A stretch of DNA of 64,000 nt from Verrucomicrobiota bacterium (GCA_016871675.1 VHCN01000011.1:5413-69412); one strand, 5' to 3'; counted from the stretch's first letter, positions 45,522 to 56,718 are shown. The notes: generated by a model from the sequence alone, not told the origin. Numbers and translations are program-made.

Positions 45522-45663
45522 GGAAGTGGAGTGCGTGTGGTGTTTCGTGCGCGTGACGCGCCGATGCTCGCCCTCACGCGCGCCGGCTGTCAACCCAAAG
45601 CCTCGTCGCCGGTTGTTCGCTTGTTGACGGCGCGGCACTTTGACATCCTCCGCGCGCGTCCAC

Positions 45664-46116
45664 ATGCGCGCCGTGGTTCAGCGAGTTTCGGAGGCCGCCG
45701 TCACCATCGGCGGCGAGGTGAGGGGCCGCATCGCGCGCGGGTTGCTCGTGCTCGTCGGCGTCGGGGACGCCGACACTGCGGAGGACATTGAATGGCTCGC
45801 AGGCAAGCTCGTGCGACTGCGAATCTTCAACGATGCCGCGGGACTGATGAACCTGGGCGTGCAGGAAGTCGGCGGCGGAATCCTCGTCCTCAGCCAGTTC
45901 ACGCTGTTCGCCAGCACGAAGAAGGGGAATCGACCGAGCTACATCCGCGCCGCGCGGCCGGAAGTGGCGGTGCCGCTCTACGAGAAGTTCCTGCGCGAGC
46001 TCGAGGCGCACCTCGGCCGCGCGGTCGAGCGCGGCGAGTTTGGCGCCGACATGCACGTCGCGCTCGTGAACGATGGCCCGGTGACCATCGTGATCGACTC
46101 GAAGGCGCGCGAGTGA
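45664..46116 (+). CDS. dtd: D-aminoacyl-tRNA deacylase
   Basis: MRAVVQRV...VSQFTL...G.RPS...A......LY..F, and a C-terminal NDGPVT. Confidence 0.93.
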   Translation: MRAVVQRVSEAAVTIGGEVRGRIARGLLVLVGVGDADTAEDIEWLAGKLVRLRIFNDAAGLMNLGVQEVGGGILVLSQFTLFASTKKGNRPSYIRAARPEVAVPLYEKFLRELEAHLGRAVERGEFGADMHVALVNDGPVTIVIDSKARE

Positions 46117-46136
46117 AGGCCGGGGAGACGCGGCAT

Positions 46137-47951
46137 TCACTTCGATTCGCCGGACCTCTCCGCTGCAAGCTTCGCGATCTGCGCGTCCACGGGCGGGCGT
46201 TTCTTGTGGTGACGGGTCGCATCCTGATACGCCTTCGCGACGGCAAGCAGCCTGGCCTCGCCGAAAAGCTGGCCCATGAACGTGATGGCCGTCGGGGTGT
46301 TTGTGGACGTGAAGCCGTTCGGCACCACCACGGCCGGATGCCCCGTGAGGTTCGAGATGAGGAGGTTTGAACCGTCGTGCGTTGGCGCTACATACACGTC
46401 CACCTTGTCGAAGACCTTCGCCATCTCCTGCACGAGCAGGTGGCGCACGCGGTGGGCCTGCAGATACTCGACGGCCGGAACGAAGCGCGCGCGCCGGAAC
46501 GTCTGCGGCCACGCATTCTGCAACACGAGCAGGTCGTCGCGTCCGCTGCGCGTGAGGTCGTCGAACGCCGCAGCCGCCTCGACGTTCAAGATGAGCGTGA
46601 GGTCGCCGACGGGCATCGCCGGCAGTTCGACGGGGATGAGCTTTACGCCGAGAGCACGCATCGTGTCGAGGGCGGCTTCGTTGTTCGTCCTGCCTGCGCC
46701 GGGGCGGGCGGAGTCGAAGTCGGTCTTCAAGTAGCCGATGCGGACCGTGGAGAGCCTGAGCTTCGCGTCGTAGTTGAACGGCGCGTCCATCACCGAGAAA
46801 TCCGCGCTGTCGGGGCCGAGGATGGCGTTGAAGACGAGCGCGCAGTCCTCGACGGTGCGGCAGATGGGGCCCAGCTTGTCCATGGACCACGATAGCGCCA
46901 TCGCGCCGGTGCGCGGCACGCGGCCGAACGTGGGGCGAAGTCCCGTGACGCCGCAGCGCGTGCACGGTGACACGATGCTGCCGAGCGTTTCCGAACCGAT
47001 GCCGAACGCGACGAGTCCCGCGGCCGTCGCGCTCGCGGAACCCGCGCTCGAACCGCTCGAGCCCTGCGTGAGGTTCCACGGGTTCTTCGTGATGTGATTG
47101 GTGCCGGCGAACCACACGTCGCCGAGCGCGAGTTCGCCGAGCGTGAGTTTGGCCACGAGCACCGCGCCCGCGGCTTCGAGGCGCTTGATGACTTCGGCGT
47201 CGGCCTCGATGACTTGATCCTGGTAGGCGACGGAGCCCCACGTCGTCTTGTAGCCGCGCACGGCGAGAAGGTCCTTCGCGCCGTAGGGAATGCCGTGCAG
47301 CGGGCCGCGATACTTGCCGCGGCGGATCTCGGCGTCGGCGCGGCGGGCCTGCGCGAGGGCGAGTTCCTCGGTGAGCGTGACGACGCAGTCGAGGTGCGGG
47401 CCGTATTTCTTGAGCCGGCCGAGGTAGAGCCGTGTGAGCCGCTCGGAGGTGAGCTGGCGCGATTTGATGAGCGCGCCGAGTTCGCCGACGGAAAGGAACG
47501 CGATGTCCTCGTCGCTCGCGGGGAGCGTGACTTTCGGCGTGCCCGGCTTGAAGGGCGCGCGCCGGGCCTCGAACTTGAAGCCGGCGGGCAGCGGATTGAA
47601 GCTCACCGCGGGCGGGACGGCGTTCGTGATGCCGAACTTGCGGAGGTTTTCGTAACGCTGCGCCTGCTGCCGGAGCGCGGGCAGAAGCTGGTCGCGCTTC
47701 CGGTCGTTGAAGTCGAGGCCGAACAGCTTCTCTGCCTCGATGACGGTCTGGCGTGAGATGGAGTTGGTGTTGGTGATCTGGGCGCGGGCGGAACTCGAAT
47801 CACCCGCTGTCACCGCAAGGATCGCGGCGACGATGAGCCTGCGACCAACTGCCTGTGGTGGAGCGGGTCGCGGCGCGACGCGTCCGGCCGCAGCGCGACC
47901 GGAGCCACCGGGCGGCCGGGTGGATTTCGAGGCGAACCGATTTGAGTTCAC
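46137..47951 (-). CDS. amidase-signature family amidase with signal peptide
   Basis: GPLHGIPYGAKD and GGSSGSSAGSASATAAG. Confidence 0.85.
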   Translation of the reverse strand: MNSNRFASKSTRPPGGSGRAAAGRVAPRPAPPQAVGRRLIVAAILAVTAGDSSSARAQITNTNSISRQTVIEAEKLFGLDFNDRKRDQLLPALRQQAQRYENLRKFGITNAVPPAVSFNPLPAGFKFEARRAPFKPGTPKVTLPASDEDIAFLSVGELGALIKSRQLTSERLTRLYLGRLKKYGPHLDCVVTLTEELALAQARRADAEIRRGKYRGPLHGIPYGAKDLLAVRGYKTTWGSVAYQDQVIEADAEVIKRLEAAGAVLVAKLTLGELALGDVWFAGTNHITKNPWNLTQGSSGSSAGSASATAAGLVAFGIGSETLGSIVSPCTRCGVTGLRPTFGRVPRTGAMALSWSMDKLGPICRTVEDCALVFNAILGPDSADFSVMDAPFNYDAKLRLSTVRIGYLKTDFDSARPGAGRTNNEAALDTMRALGVKLIPVELPAMPVGDLTLILNVEAAAAFDDLTRSGRDDLLVLQNAWPQTFRRARFVPAVEYLQAHRVRHLLVQEMAKVFDKVDVYVAPTHDGSNLLISNLTGHPAVVVPNGFTSTNTPTAITFMGQLFGEARLLAVAKAYQDATRHHKKRPPVDAQIAKLAAERSGESK

Positions 47952-49432
47952 GGCTTTCCCTTCTGTTTCGCGCCACCCGCCGCGCCGTCGCGGATGGGCC
48001 AGTCGGGTGAGTCGGTGCGTGCGGACTTGAACAACTCGTTCGCGCGGGCGACCAACCCGGGGTTGTCAGCGGCGAGATTCGTCGTTTCGCCAATGTCGCC
48101 CGCAAGGTCGAAGAGCTGCACCGGCGCATCCTGTCGCCGCATGCGGATGGCTTTCCAGCGGCCGTCCATCAGCACCGCCTGGCTGAAGCCGCCTTCGTGG
48201 AATTCCCAGTAGAGCGCGGCGTGCTTGGGCTGCTTCGCCAAGTCCCCAAGCAGCGCGGGCACGAAGCTGATGCTGTCGTGCGGCGGGGAAATCTGCGCGC
48301 CGCTCAACTCCGCGGCTGTCGCGAGGAAGTCGCCGAAGTAGCCCACGTGCGGCGAGACGGAGCCGGGCTTGATGCGCCCCGGCCAGCGGGCGAGGAAGGG
48401 CACGCGGATGCCGCCGTCGGTGAGGCTGCGCTTCATGCCGTTGAGCGGGCCGTTGGCATCGAAGAACTCCGGGTCGTTGCCGCCTTCGCGATGGTGCCCG
48501 TTGTCGGAGCTGAACAGCACGAGGGTCTTCTCGTCGAGGCCGAGGCGCTTCAGCGACTCGAACAGCCGGCCCACGTCGCGGTCCATGCGCGTGATCATCG
48601 CGGCCTGGCCCTTGTTCTGCGGAGTCCAGTCCTTGTCGGCGTAGATGCCGAGGTCGGGGACTTCCTGCCCGTTGCCGGTGCCGCGCGTGGCTTCGTTGTT
48701 CGCGTGCGGTGTCGTGAGCGCGAGGTAGAGGAAGAACGGGCGGTCCTTTTGCGTCTCCACCCACTTGAGCGCGTCCTCGGCGAGCAGGTCGTGGCTGTAG
48801 TCCACTTTCTTCCCGGCCCAGCCGCGGCCGAAGCGCGCGGCGGCAAGGTTCGACGGGTCGCCGCCGGGAACTTCATTGCGAAGCGGCACGCGCTGCTCGG
48901 CGCGGAAGAGGTAAGCGGGCCAGTAGTTGTGCGCGTGATGCTGGTTGAGGTAGCCGAAGAAGTAGTCGAAGCCCTGCCGCGTGGGCATGCCGACGGCCGC
49001 GTCGCCCTCGTCGCCGAGTCCCCACTTGCCGATGAGCGCGGTGGAGTAGCCCGGCGACTTGAGCATGCGCGCGACCGTCATGTCGCCCGTGCGGAGCGAT
49101 TGCGCGAGCGGGTTGCCCGCGCCCGCGTTGCCGCGGACGCGCGTGTGGCCGGTGTGCTGGCCGGTCATGAGCACCGAGCGTGACGGCGCGCACACCGTCG
49201 AGCCCGCGTAGAACTGGGTGAAGCGCATCCCCTCGCGCGCCATGCGGTCGAGGTTCGGCGTCTGGATGAGCTTCTGCCCGTAGCAACCGAGATCACCGTA
49301 GCCGAGGTCGTCAGCGAGGATGAAGATGATGTTGGGCTTGCCCGCGGGCGCGGCGTGAAGCGCGGGCGAAACGGCGAAGGCGACACCTGAAATCGCGGCG
49401 ATGGCACGCGTGAAGGCGAGGAAGCAGTTCAT
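47948..49432 (-). CDS. arylsulfatase-type sulfatase with signal peptide
   Basis: Internal ATG 49432. PNIIFILADDLGYGDLG...CAPSRSVLMTG is the formylglycine CxPxR motif. Confidence 0.9.
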   Translation of the reverse strand: MNCFLAFTRAIAAISGVAFAVSPALHAAPAGKPNIIFILADDLGYGDLGCYGQKLIQTPNLDRMAREGMRFTQFYAGSTVCAPSRSVLMTGQHTGHTRVRGNAGAGNPLAQSLRTGDMTVARMLKSPGYSTALIGKWGLGDEGDAAVGMPTRQGFDYFFGYLNQHHAHNYWPAYLFRAEQRVPLRNEVPGGDPSNLAAARFGRGWAGKKVDYSHDLLAEDALKWVETQKDRPFFLYLALTTPHANNEATRGTGNGQEVPDLGIYADKDWTPQNKGQAAMITRMDRDVGRLFESLKRLGLDEKTLVLFSSDNGHHREGGNDPEFFDANGPLNGMKRSLTDGGIRVPFLARWPGRIKPGSVSPHVGYFGDFLATAAELSGAQISPPHDSISFVPALLGDLAKQPKHAALYWEFHEGGFSQAVLMDGRWKAIRMRRQDAPVQLFDLAGDIGETTNLAADNPGLVARANELFKSARTDSPDWPIRDGAAGGAKQKGKP

Positions 49433-49446
49433 GATTGAGGCTCGGA

Positions 49447-50700
49447 TCACTTCGCGGACTGTTCTTGCGCGACGCGCTCGGCGACGTGCATCACGCGGAG
49501 GATGTTGCGGCCGGCGAGCTTCTTCATTTCGTCGCGTGTCCAGCGGCGGCGCTGCAACTCCGCGAAGAGCGCCGGGTAGCACGAGACGTCCTCGAGTCCC
49601 TTGGGCGCATACGTGATGCCGTCGAAGTCCGAGCCGAGTCCGACGTGGTCTTCGCCCGCGACTTTCAGCACATGGTCGAGATGGTCGGCCACGTCGCCCA
49701 GCGTGGCGTTCGGCGGTGGCGGGTTGGCCTGACGCCACTCGGCAAGGCCGTCGTCGAGCGCGGAGAAGTTGTCGCCGTGGATTCCCTGCAGGCGCTTCCG
49801 CTCGACGCGGAGTTTCTCGGCATACGCGGCGTGGGCGGGCACAAGGTAGCCGGGGAAGAAGTTGATCATGATGACGCCACCGTTTTCGCGGAGGAGGCGA
49901 AGCGTCTCGTCGTCCACGTTGCGCGGATGGTCGCAAAGGGCGCGCGCGCTTGAGTGCGAGAAGATGACGGGCGCCTTCGACACCGTCATCGCGGCGAGCA
50001 TGGTGGGCTTGGAAACGTGCGAGAGATCCACGAGCATGCCGAGGCGGTTCATCTCGCGGACGACGTCCTCGCCAAACGCCGTGAGGCCGCGGGCGCGGGG
50101 CTCATCGGTCGCGGCGTCTGCCCAGTCGGTGTTGGCGGCGTGCGTGAGCGACATGTAACGCGCGCCGAGCGCGTGCATCTTGCGGAGGTTGCCGAGCGAG
50201 TTGTCAATCGAGTGGCCGCCTTCCATGCCGATGAGCGAGGCGATGCGGCCGGCGCGGTGGATGCGCTCGATGTCGTCGGCTTTGCGGACGAGTTCCAAGG
50301 CGTCGGGGTGCTTCGCGCAGAGGCGGTGGACGACATCAATCTGCTCGAATGTGGCGCGCACCGCCGCTTCGCCGCGGAGCGTGACCGGCACGTAAACGGA
50401 CCAGAATACGCCGCCGACTCCGCCGCGCCGCAAGCGGGGAATGTCGGTGGAGAGCGGGCGCTTCAGCGTTCGCGTGTCGCCCGCGAGATCGATGGCGCCG
50501 AGGTCGTTCGCGCGGAGCCGGTATTGCCACGGGATGTCGTTGTGGCCGTCGATGAGCGGGTCTTCGCGGAGAATCTGTCGAAGCCGGGCGTCGGTGGTGT
50601 CGCGTGGCTTGTCCGCCGCGACGAGCACGGCGGTGGACGAAACCAGGCAAGCGGCGAACGCCAAAGCCGCGGGCAGGCGACGGTAGGGCATGCGGTTCAT
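49447..50700 (-). CDS. membrane/renal-type dipeptidase (peptidase M19) with signal peptide
   Basis: IDGHNDIPW, VGGVFWSVYVP, GSDFDG. Confidence 0.88.
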   Translation of the reverse strand: MNRMPYRRLPAALAFAACLVSSTAVLVAADKPRDTTDARLRQILREDPLIDGHNDIPWQYRLRANDLGAIDLAGDTRTLKRPLSTDIPRLRRGGVGGVFWSVYVPVTLRGEAAVRATFEQIDVVHRLCAKHPDALELVRKADDIERIHRAGRIASLIGMEGGHSIDNSLGNLRKMHALGARYMSLTHAANTDWADAATDEPRARGLTAFGEDVVREMNRLGMLVDLSHVSKPTMLAAMTVSKAPVIFSHSSARALCDHPRNVDDETLRLLRENGGVIMINFFPGYLVPAHAAYAEKLRVERKRLQGIHGDNFSALDDGLAEWRQANPPPPNATLGDVADHLDHVLKVAGEDHVGLGSDFDGITYAPKGLEDVSCYPALFAELQRRRWTRDEMKKLAGRNILRVMHVAERVAQEQSAK

Positions 50701-50838
50701 CGTGGAGTCGGCGGATTCAAACGCAGGCGCGTGCCGAAGTCAAAGCGTCACACGGTGCCCGCCACTCCGCGCTTCTCATCCGGCGCGGGTCCAGTAGAGT
50801 CGGCGCGCGTCCCCCGCCGGCCTGGCGAAGCGCAAGGC

Positions 50839-53800
50839 TTGACGACCCACGCCTCACAGACGTCGCCATCGCACGACGAGCGCCTCAAGGCGCTAAGGCA
50901 ATACAACGTCCTCGACACGGCACCGGAGCCGGCATTCGACGACCTGACCCGGCTGGCTTCGCAGGTTTGCGCCGCGCCGATCGCGCTGCTGAGCTTGATG
51001 GACGCAGACCGGCACTGGTTCAAGTCCGTCCATGGAATCCCCGCCGAGAAGCTGCCCCGCGAGGTGTCCTTTTGCACGGTGACCGCGTTGCAGCGCGACC
51101 TTGTGGTGGTGGCGGACGCGGCGAAGGACGAGCGCTTCGCGAACGACCCGATGGTGGTCGGCGCGCCAACGGTGCGGTTTTACGCGGGCGTGCCGCTCGT
51201 CTCGCCGCAGGGTCACGTGCTCGGGACGTTGTGCGTGATGGGGCCGGAGCCGGCCACGCTGACGTTTCACCAATCGTCGGCGCTGCGAAGCCTGAGCCGG
51301 CAGGCGATCAGCCAGCTCGAACTGCGCCGCAACATCGCCGAACTGGCGCGGTCCATCGACGGCCACGAGCGCACGGAGGAAGCCCTGCGACAGGCGGAGT
51401 CAAAGTATCGGAGCATCTTCGAGAATGTCAGCGAGGGGATTTTCCAGACGTCGCCGGAGGGCAAGTTCATCTCGGCCAACCGGAAGCTCGCGCGGATTTA
51501 CGGCTTCAGTTCGCCGGAGGAACTCATCGCCTCGTTCAGCGACGTGGCGCGGCAGCTCTACGTGAACCCGGCGCGGCGCTCGGAGTTCATCCGCCTGATG
51601 GAGCATCAGGACGAGATCACGGGCTTCGAATCGGAGATCTTCGACCAAAGCGGAAACGTGCTGTGGATCGTCGAGAACGCCCGCGCCGTGCGCGACGCCG
51701 CGGGACGCCTGCTTTATTACGAAGGCACGGTCGAGGACATCACCGTGCGCAGGCGCCACGAGGAGGCGCTGCAGCGGTCGGAGGCGCGGTTCCGCTCGAT
51801 CTGGGAAAACTCGGCCGACGGCATGCGGCTGACGGACAAGGACGGCGTGACGCGCGCGGTGAACCCGGCCTACTGCGAGATGGTCGGCATGAAGCCCGCC
51901 GAACTCGAAGGCCGGCCGTTCACGGCGATTTACGGCGAGAACGACCCCGACAATCCCGGCCGGCTGGCGCGCTATCGCGAGCGGTTCCTGCGGCACACCG
52001 TCGAGCATCACATGGAGCGGAAGGTCACCTTCCGCAACGGCCGCACGCTCGACGTGGAACTGGGCAACTCCTTCGTGGAAATCGAATCCGGCGTGCCGCT
52101 GCTCATGAGCATCTTCCACGACATCACCGAGCGGAAGCGCGCGGAAGAGGCGCTTCGCGACTCGAAGGTGCTCTACCATTCGCTCGTCGAGAACCTTCCG
52201 CAAAACATGTTCCGCAAGGACCGGCAGGGGAAGTTTACGTTCGTCAACCCGCGCTTCTGCGAGACGCTTGGCCGCGCGCGCGACGAGATCATCGGCCGCA
52301 CGGACCACGACTTTTTCCCGCCGGAACTCGCCGCGAAATATCAGCGGGACGACCGCGAGTTGATGGAGCGGCGCCGCCCCTACGACGCGGTCGAGGAGCA
52401 CCACACCCCCGAACGCGGGCGGTTCTTCGTGCAGGTGATCAAATCCCCGCTCTACGACGCCAAGGGAAACGTCATCGGGGTCCAGGGGATTTTCTGGGAC
52501 GTGACCGAGCGCAAGGAAATGGAGGAACAGCTTGCGTTCGAGCGCGACCTGCTGCGCTCGCTCTTCGACAACGTCCCGGACCGCATCTACTTCAAGGACA
52601 CCAAGAGCCGGTTCCTGCGCTGCAGCCTCGCGATGGCGCGCCGGCTCGGGCTCGACGATCCGGACCAGGTGCTCGGCAAGACGGACTTCGACTTTCACCC
52701 CGAGGCCAACGCCCGCGAATACTTCGCGGATGAACAGCGGCTCCTGTCCACGGGGCAGCCCATGATCAACAAGGTCGAGCGGCAGACCGCGCAGTCCGGC
52801 GAGGAAATCTGGGCCTCCGTCACCAAGGTCCCGCTCCGCAACCGCGCCGGCGAGATCACCGGCATCATCGGCATCTCGCGTGACGTCACTGCGCTCATCC
52901 GCACCGAGAAGGAACTCGCCGTCGCGCGCGACGCCGCGATCGAGTCCGCCCGCATCAAGTCGCAATTCCTCGCGGCGGTGAGCCACGAGATTCGCACGCC
53001 GATGAACGCCATCGTCGGCATGACCGGGCTGATCCTGGACACCGAACTCTCGCCGCAACAGCAGGACTTCGCGCAGACCATCCGCACCAGCGCCTACGCC
53101 CTCCTCAACATCATCAACGACATCCTCGACTTCTCGAAGATCGAGGCAGGCAAGCTCACGTTCGAGTGCATCGACTTCGACCTGCGCGAAGTCGTCGAGA
53201 GCACCGTCGAGTTGCTCGCCCAGCGCGCGCACGCAAAGTCCCTCGAACTGGCGTCGCTCGTCCCGGACGAAGTCCCCGTGCTCGTCCGCGGCGACCCGAG
53301 CCGCATCCGGCAGGTGCTCATCAACCTCATCGGCAACGCCGTCAAGTTCACCGAGCGCGGCGAGGTGGTCGTCCGCGTGACCAAAGAGCGCGACCTGTCC
53401 AACCGCGTCGTCATCCTCTTCGCCGTGAACGACACGGGCATCGGCATACCCGCCGAGGCGCAGGAGAAGATCTTTCAGCCGTTCACCCAGGCCGACGGCT
53501 CCACCACGCGGCGATTCGGCGGGTCGGGCCTTGGACTGGCGATCTCGCGGCAGCTGGTGGAATTGATGGGCGGCCAGATCGGCGTCGAGAGCGATCCGGG
53601 CCGCGGCTCCACCTTCTGGTTCAGCCTGCCGCTCGAAATCCAGGGCGGCGCCAACAGCGCGCGCGCCGCGGCATCGGGCGACTTGAAGGGACTCCGCGCG
53701 CTCATCGCCGACGACAACGCCGCGCAACGGCAGGTGCTCCAGCAGATCACCGCCTCGTTCCAGATGCAGAGCGTGACCGTGCAGGACGGAGACGGCGCGC

Positions 53801-54918
53801 TCGCCGCGCTTCGTTCCGGGTCGGCCGCCGGGCGGACTTTCGACGTGGTCATCGCGGACCTCCTGATGCCGCGCATGGACGGGCTTGAACTGGCCCGCGC
53901 CGTGCGTTCCGAATCCGCGGCGGGCGGTCCGAAGTTTGTGCTGCTCGCGCCGCTCGGCGAGAAACTCGACCCCGCCGCGGTCCAGGCCGCGGGCGTGAAC
54001 GCCTGCCTGCTCAAGCCCGTGAAGCGCGCGCGCCTCTTCGCCTGCCTCAACGCAGTCCGCACGGGCAGCGCCGGCGAGTTCGCACCAGCCGCCCTGCCCG
54101 CACCGGCGGACACCCCGGCGTCCCCGCGGCCGCCCGTCGCGCAAAAGTCCACGCGCATCCTCATCGCGGAGGATCACGCCGTGAACCTCAAGGTCGCGAT
54201 GCTGCAACTCGAGAAGCTCGGCTATCGCGCCCACGCCGTGGCCAACGGCCGCGACGCGATCGACGCGCACACCCGCGAGCCTTACGAGATCATCCTCATG
54301 GACTGCCACATGCCGGTGATGGACGGCTACGAGGCCACGCGACAACTGCGCGAGCGCGAGAAGGCCGCGGTGCAAATGGGCAAGACGAACCCGCCCGTTT
54401 ACATCGTGGCCTTGACCGCCAACGCCCTGCCCGGGGAGTGCGAACAGTGCCTCGCGGCCGGCATGGACGACTACGTGATCAAACCCGTGGACTTGCTCGA
54501 ACTCGAAGCCGCCCTCCAGCGCAACCGCGCCCGCGGCCGCCCCGGCAGCCCGGCGGCGGCGTCCGCGGGCGAGGCGCTGGACCTCACGGTCATCAAACAC
54601 CTGCGCGAACTGCGCGAACCGGGCCAGCCCGATCCCGTGGCCGACTTGATCGGGCTCTTCCTCAACGACGCGCCTGACCGCCTCGCCAAAATGCTCGCTT
54701 CCATGATGAAGGGCGACGGCACCGCGCTGCGCGAACTGGCGCACACTCTCAAGGGAAGCGCAAACAACCTCGGCGCCCGGCCCATGGCCGCGCTGTCCGC
54801 CGAAGTCGAGCGCCACGCCCAATCCGGCGCGATGACCGAGGCCGCCGTGGTGATGGAAAAGCTCCTGATCGAGTTCGATCGCGTCGAAGCCGTGTTGCTG
54901 GAGGAAATGAAAAAGTAG
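50839..54918 (+). CDS. soluble hybrid sensor histidine kinase: GAF - 4x PAS - HisKA/HATPase - REC - REC - HPt
   Basis: [14 protein letters not shown]...GAF. Four PAS cores ([10 protein letters not shown]; [10 protein letters not shown]; [10 protein letters not shown]; [10 protein letters not shown]). H-box [11 protein letters not shown] boxes, two D-containing receivers ([10 protein letters not shown]; [11 protein letters not shown]), and HPt HTLKGSA. No in-frame ATG after the divergent gene; starts are TTG 50839 or GTG 50755. The 49954 start in the track is an antisense run-on. Confidence 0.9.
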   Translation: MTTHASQTSPSHDERLKALRQYNVLDTAPEPAFDDLTRLASQVCAAPIALLSLMDADRHWFKSVHGIPAEKLPREVSFCTVTALQRDLVVVADAAKDERFANDPMVVGAPTVRFYAGVPLVSPQGHVLGTLCVMGPEPATLTFHQSSALRSLSRQAISQLELRRNIAELARSIDGHERTEEALRQAESKYRSIFENVSEGIFQTSPEGKFISANRKLARIYGFSSPEELIASFSDVARQLYVNPARRSEFIRLMEHQDEITGFESEIFDQSGNVLWIVENARAVRDAAGRLLYYEGTVEDITVRRRHEEALQRSEARFRSIWENSADGMRLTDKDGVTRAVNPAYCEMVGMKPAELEGRPFTAIYGENDPDNPGRLARYRERFLRHTVEHHMERKVTFRNGRTLDVELGNSFVEIESGVPLLMSIFHDITERKRAEEALRDSKVLYHSLVENLPQNMFRKDRQGKFTFVNPRFCETLGRARDEIIGRTDHDFFPPELAAKYQRDDRELMERRRPYDAVEEHHTPERGRFFVQVIKSPLYDAKGNVIGVQGIFWDVTERKEMEEQLAFERDLLRSLFDNVPDRIYFKDTKSRFLRCSLAMARRLGLDDPDQVLGKTDFDFHPEANAREYFADEQRLLSTGQPMINKVERQTAQSGEEIWASVTKVPLRNRAGEITGIIGISRDVTALIRTEKELAVARDAAIESARIKSQFLAAVSHEIRTPMNAIVGMTGLILDTELSPQQQDFAQTIRTSAYALLNIINDILDFSKIEAGKLTFECIDFDLREVVESTVELLAQRAHAKSLELASLVPDEVPVLVRGDPSRIRQVLINLIGNAVKFTERGEVVVRVTKERDLSNRVVILFAVNDTGIGIPAEAQEKIFQPFTQADGSTTRRFGGSGLGLAISRQLVELMGGQIGVESDPGRGSTFWFSLPLEIQGGANSARAAASGDLKGLRALIADDNAAQRQVLQQITASFQMQSVTVQDGDGALAALRSGSAAGRTFDVVIADLLMPRMDGLELARAVRSESAAGGPKFVLLAPLGEKLDPAAVQAAGVNACLLKPVKRARLFACLNAVRTGSAGEFAPAALPAPADTPASPRPPVAQKSTRILIAEDHAVNLKVAMLQLEKLGYRAHAVANGRDAIDAHTREPYEIILMDCHMPVMDGYEATRQLREREKAAVQMGKTNPPVYIVALTANALPGECEQCLAAGMDDYVIKPVDLLELEAALQRNRARGRPGSPAAASAGEALDLTVIKHLRELREPGQPDPVADLIGLFLNDAPDRLAKMLASMMKGDGTALRELAHTLKGSANNLGARPMAALSAEVERHAQSGAMTEAAVVMEKLLIEFDRVEAVLLEEMKK

Positions 54919-54934
54919 CGGGGCAGCTCCCCGC
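54918..54934 (+). terminator. terminator-like hairpin after the kinase gene (no U-tract)
   Basis: GCGGGG-cagct-CCCCGC begins in the TAG stop. Confidence 0.3.
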
Positions 54935-55053
54935 TTGACTTCGACCTCCGTCGGCGCAGTGTCTGTCGTAGATAACCCGACCATGTTTAAACTTTTTGGA
55001 GGCACCACCATGCACAACCCTTCCCGTTTCCCCCCTCGATCGCAACCCGCGTC

Positions 55054-56712
55054 GTGCGTCTCGCAGGCATCCTTGTTCTCATCGGCCTGCCGTTGTTCGG
55101 CCATGCCGGAGATGCCCGGTTCATGGTGACGAGCCACAACGACCTCTACAAGCAGGAGGTCTTCAGCGACACTGGTGCACTCGTAAATCTCTCATTTTCC
55201 AAGCTGACGTGGAGCGATTACTCAGGCGGCGAAGCTGAAACTGTCGAAGCCAGCCGCAATGGGCCGAACGACTGGACCGTGACGAGAACTACAAAGACTT
55301 GGAACAACCCAACGACCGGCACTTCGCAAAGCTACTCAAAAATGCACGCAACTGGCCCCGCAGACTACGGGGATCCAAGCCCGCCGTCGGAGATTGGGCC
55401 GCCAAGTTTTACTTGGGGACGAGTATGGCACACCAACAATTGGACTATGCTGCATATTGAGCAGGGGACAGGACTGATACGGGAATGCCCTGTGATTGGC
55501 ACGACGAACATTTGGACTGAATTCGCGATGGAGACGGGAGGCGAGTCGGGCTCAACCAATCAAGTCTTGATTCAATTGGGTGCAAGCGTGAATCGGTTCC
55601 CAAGTGGTGATCCCGTGCCTTCGACGAACATCAGCATCATGGGCCACCAACTGGACGAGGGCGGAGCCGCCTTCGAAGTGTGGACGGACAACGAGACTAT
55701 TCCCGGCGCCATCGCCGCTGATTGCACTGACTTCACGTTTTCGGCTGCAGTTCAAGCTGCACGCCATCGCCTGCTTCTGGACGGAACTGACATCACGGGC
55801 ACGACGCGCAGCTACCTCCCGAATAGCACAAACAAGATTTGGATAGGAACGCGTGTCAATCTCTCTGTCGATGTAACCCAGAATCTGACCCCGATAACAA
55901 ATTACCTCTGGACGCTGCCGGGGAATAAGATCGTCGAATTCGTCTACGTTCACGCTCCCGGGAGCCCGGGAGGCCCGAGATTCTACGCCGAAACGGAAAA
56001 GACCAATGCTACTCAGAGTTTTGCATGGTTCACAGCGAGCACGAATCTGATCAAATGTGAGGTTACTGTAAGGGGTAACAGGAAGTTCTCCGCGACAGCG
56101 ACGATCGTAGTGTCGCGACCCACAGCCACGGTCACACCGCAAATAGCGCAAACGACGTTTGACGCAATTTATTGGGGAAGTGGCGGGGTCCCACCGGACC
56201 AGAACTGGATTCATCTTGGTTCTCACAAACCGGACAATTTGCCGCAAAGTGCTGGGCTTTGGCTCCAAAGGACAATTGGTGGCGAGCTTGCAGCTGGCAA
56301 GTGCCAGTGGATTCAAACGGCTTCTCATCTGGAAACAAGGACGACCGCAGCTGGCACCGCGAGTGAACTCTTTTCGGGACTCGATTCGGTCGTTTTGGAA
56401 ATAAGCGAGGCAGGACGAGCCGCGGAAGGCGCATTTACAGACAGTCCTGGCATGACTTATCGGGCGGCCGACTTGGAGGTCGCGGTGTGGTTCTCTGCTG
56501 ATACATACCTCCTGTGGACACCCCGCGGCGATGCCAACTTGCCCGCTCCGCTGTGGAAAACAACATGGCATTACGGTGGAAACTTGATTCGCGGCAATGT
56601 GAACGCAGTGTTTGACCCATTCTGCTTGACCGAAGGCGTAGACTCGAATGCTGCCTCTACAGAATATCCAACTTGGACACGGCTGACGGATGATCCACCA
56701 ATCATCCCTTAA
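55054..56712 (+). CDS. hypothetical secreted protein (Thr/Trp/Asn-rich), low-GC cassette gene 1
   Basis: 552-aa ORF in ~50-55% GC DNA. Signal-like RLAGILVLIGLPLFGHAGDA. GTG start as annotated (see the poly-C finding). No family recognised. Confidence 0.6.
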   Translation: MRLAGILVLIGLPLFGHAGDARFMVTSHNDLYKQEVFSDTGALVNLSFSKLTWSDYSGGEAETVEASRNGPNDWTVTRTTKTWNNPTTGTSQSYSKMHATGPADYGDPSPPSEIGPPSFTWGRVWHTNNWTMLHIEQGTGLIRECPVIGTTNIWTEFAMETGGESGSTNQVLIQLGASVNRFPSGDPVPSTNISIMGHQLDEGGAAFEVWTDNETIPGAIAADCTDFTFSAAVQAARHRLLLDGTDITGTTRSYLPNSTNKIWIGTRVNLSVDVTQNLTPITNYLWTLPGNKIVEFVYVHAPGSPGGPRFYAETEKTNATQSFAWFTASTNLIKCEVTVRGNRKFSATATIVVSRPTATVTPQIAQTTFDAIYWGSGGVPPDQNWIHLGSHKPDNLPQSAGLWLQRTIGGELAAGKCQWIQTASHLETRTTAAGTASELFSGLDSVVLEISEAGRAAEGAFTDSPGMTYRAADLEVAVWFSADTYLLWTPRGDANLPAPLWKTTWHYGGNLIRGNVNAVFDPFCLTEGVDSNAASTEYPTWTRLTDDPPIIP

Positions 56713-56718
56713 GAACCA

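Noticed and set aside
49954-50838. N-terminal 295 codons of the 1654-aa plus-strand ORF
   Set aside because: This part runs antisense through the M19 dipeptidase gene and has no kinase-related motifs. Recognisable kinase sequence begins only after 50.84 kb ([14 protein letters not shown]).
51400-55137. 1245-aa minus-strand ORF, the longest minus-strand ORF in the track
   Set aside because: It is exactly antisense to the hybrid histidine kinase. Its translation is Arg/Ala/Gly/Val-rich with no domain motifs, which is the expected stop-poor antisense frame of a high-GC gene.
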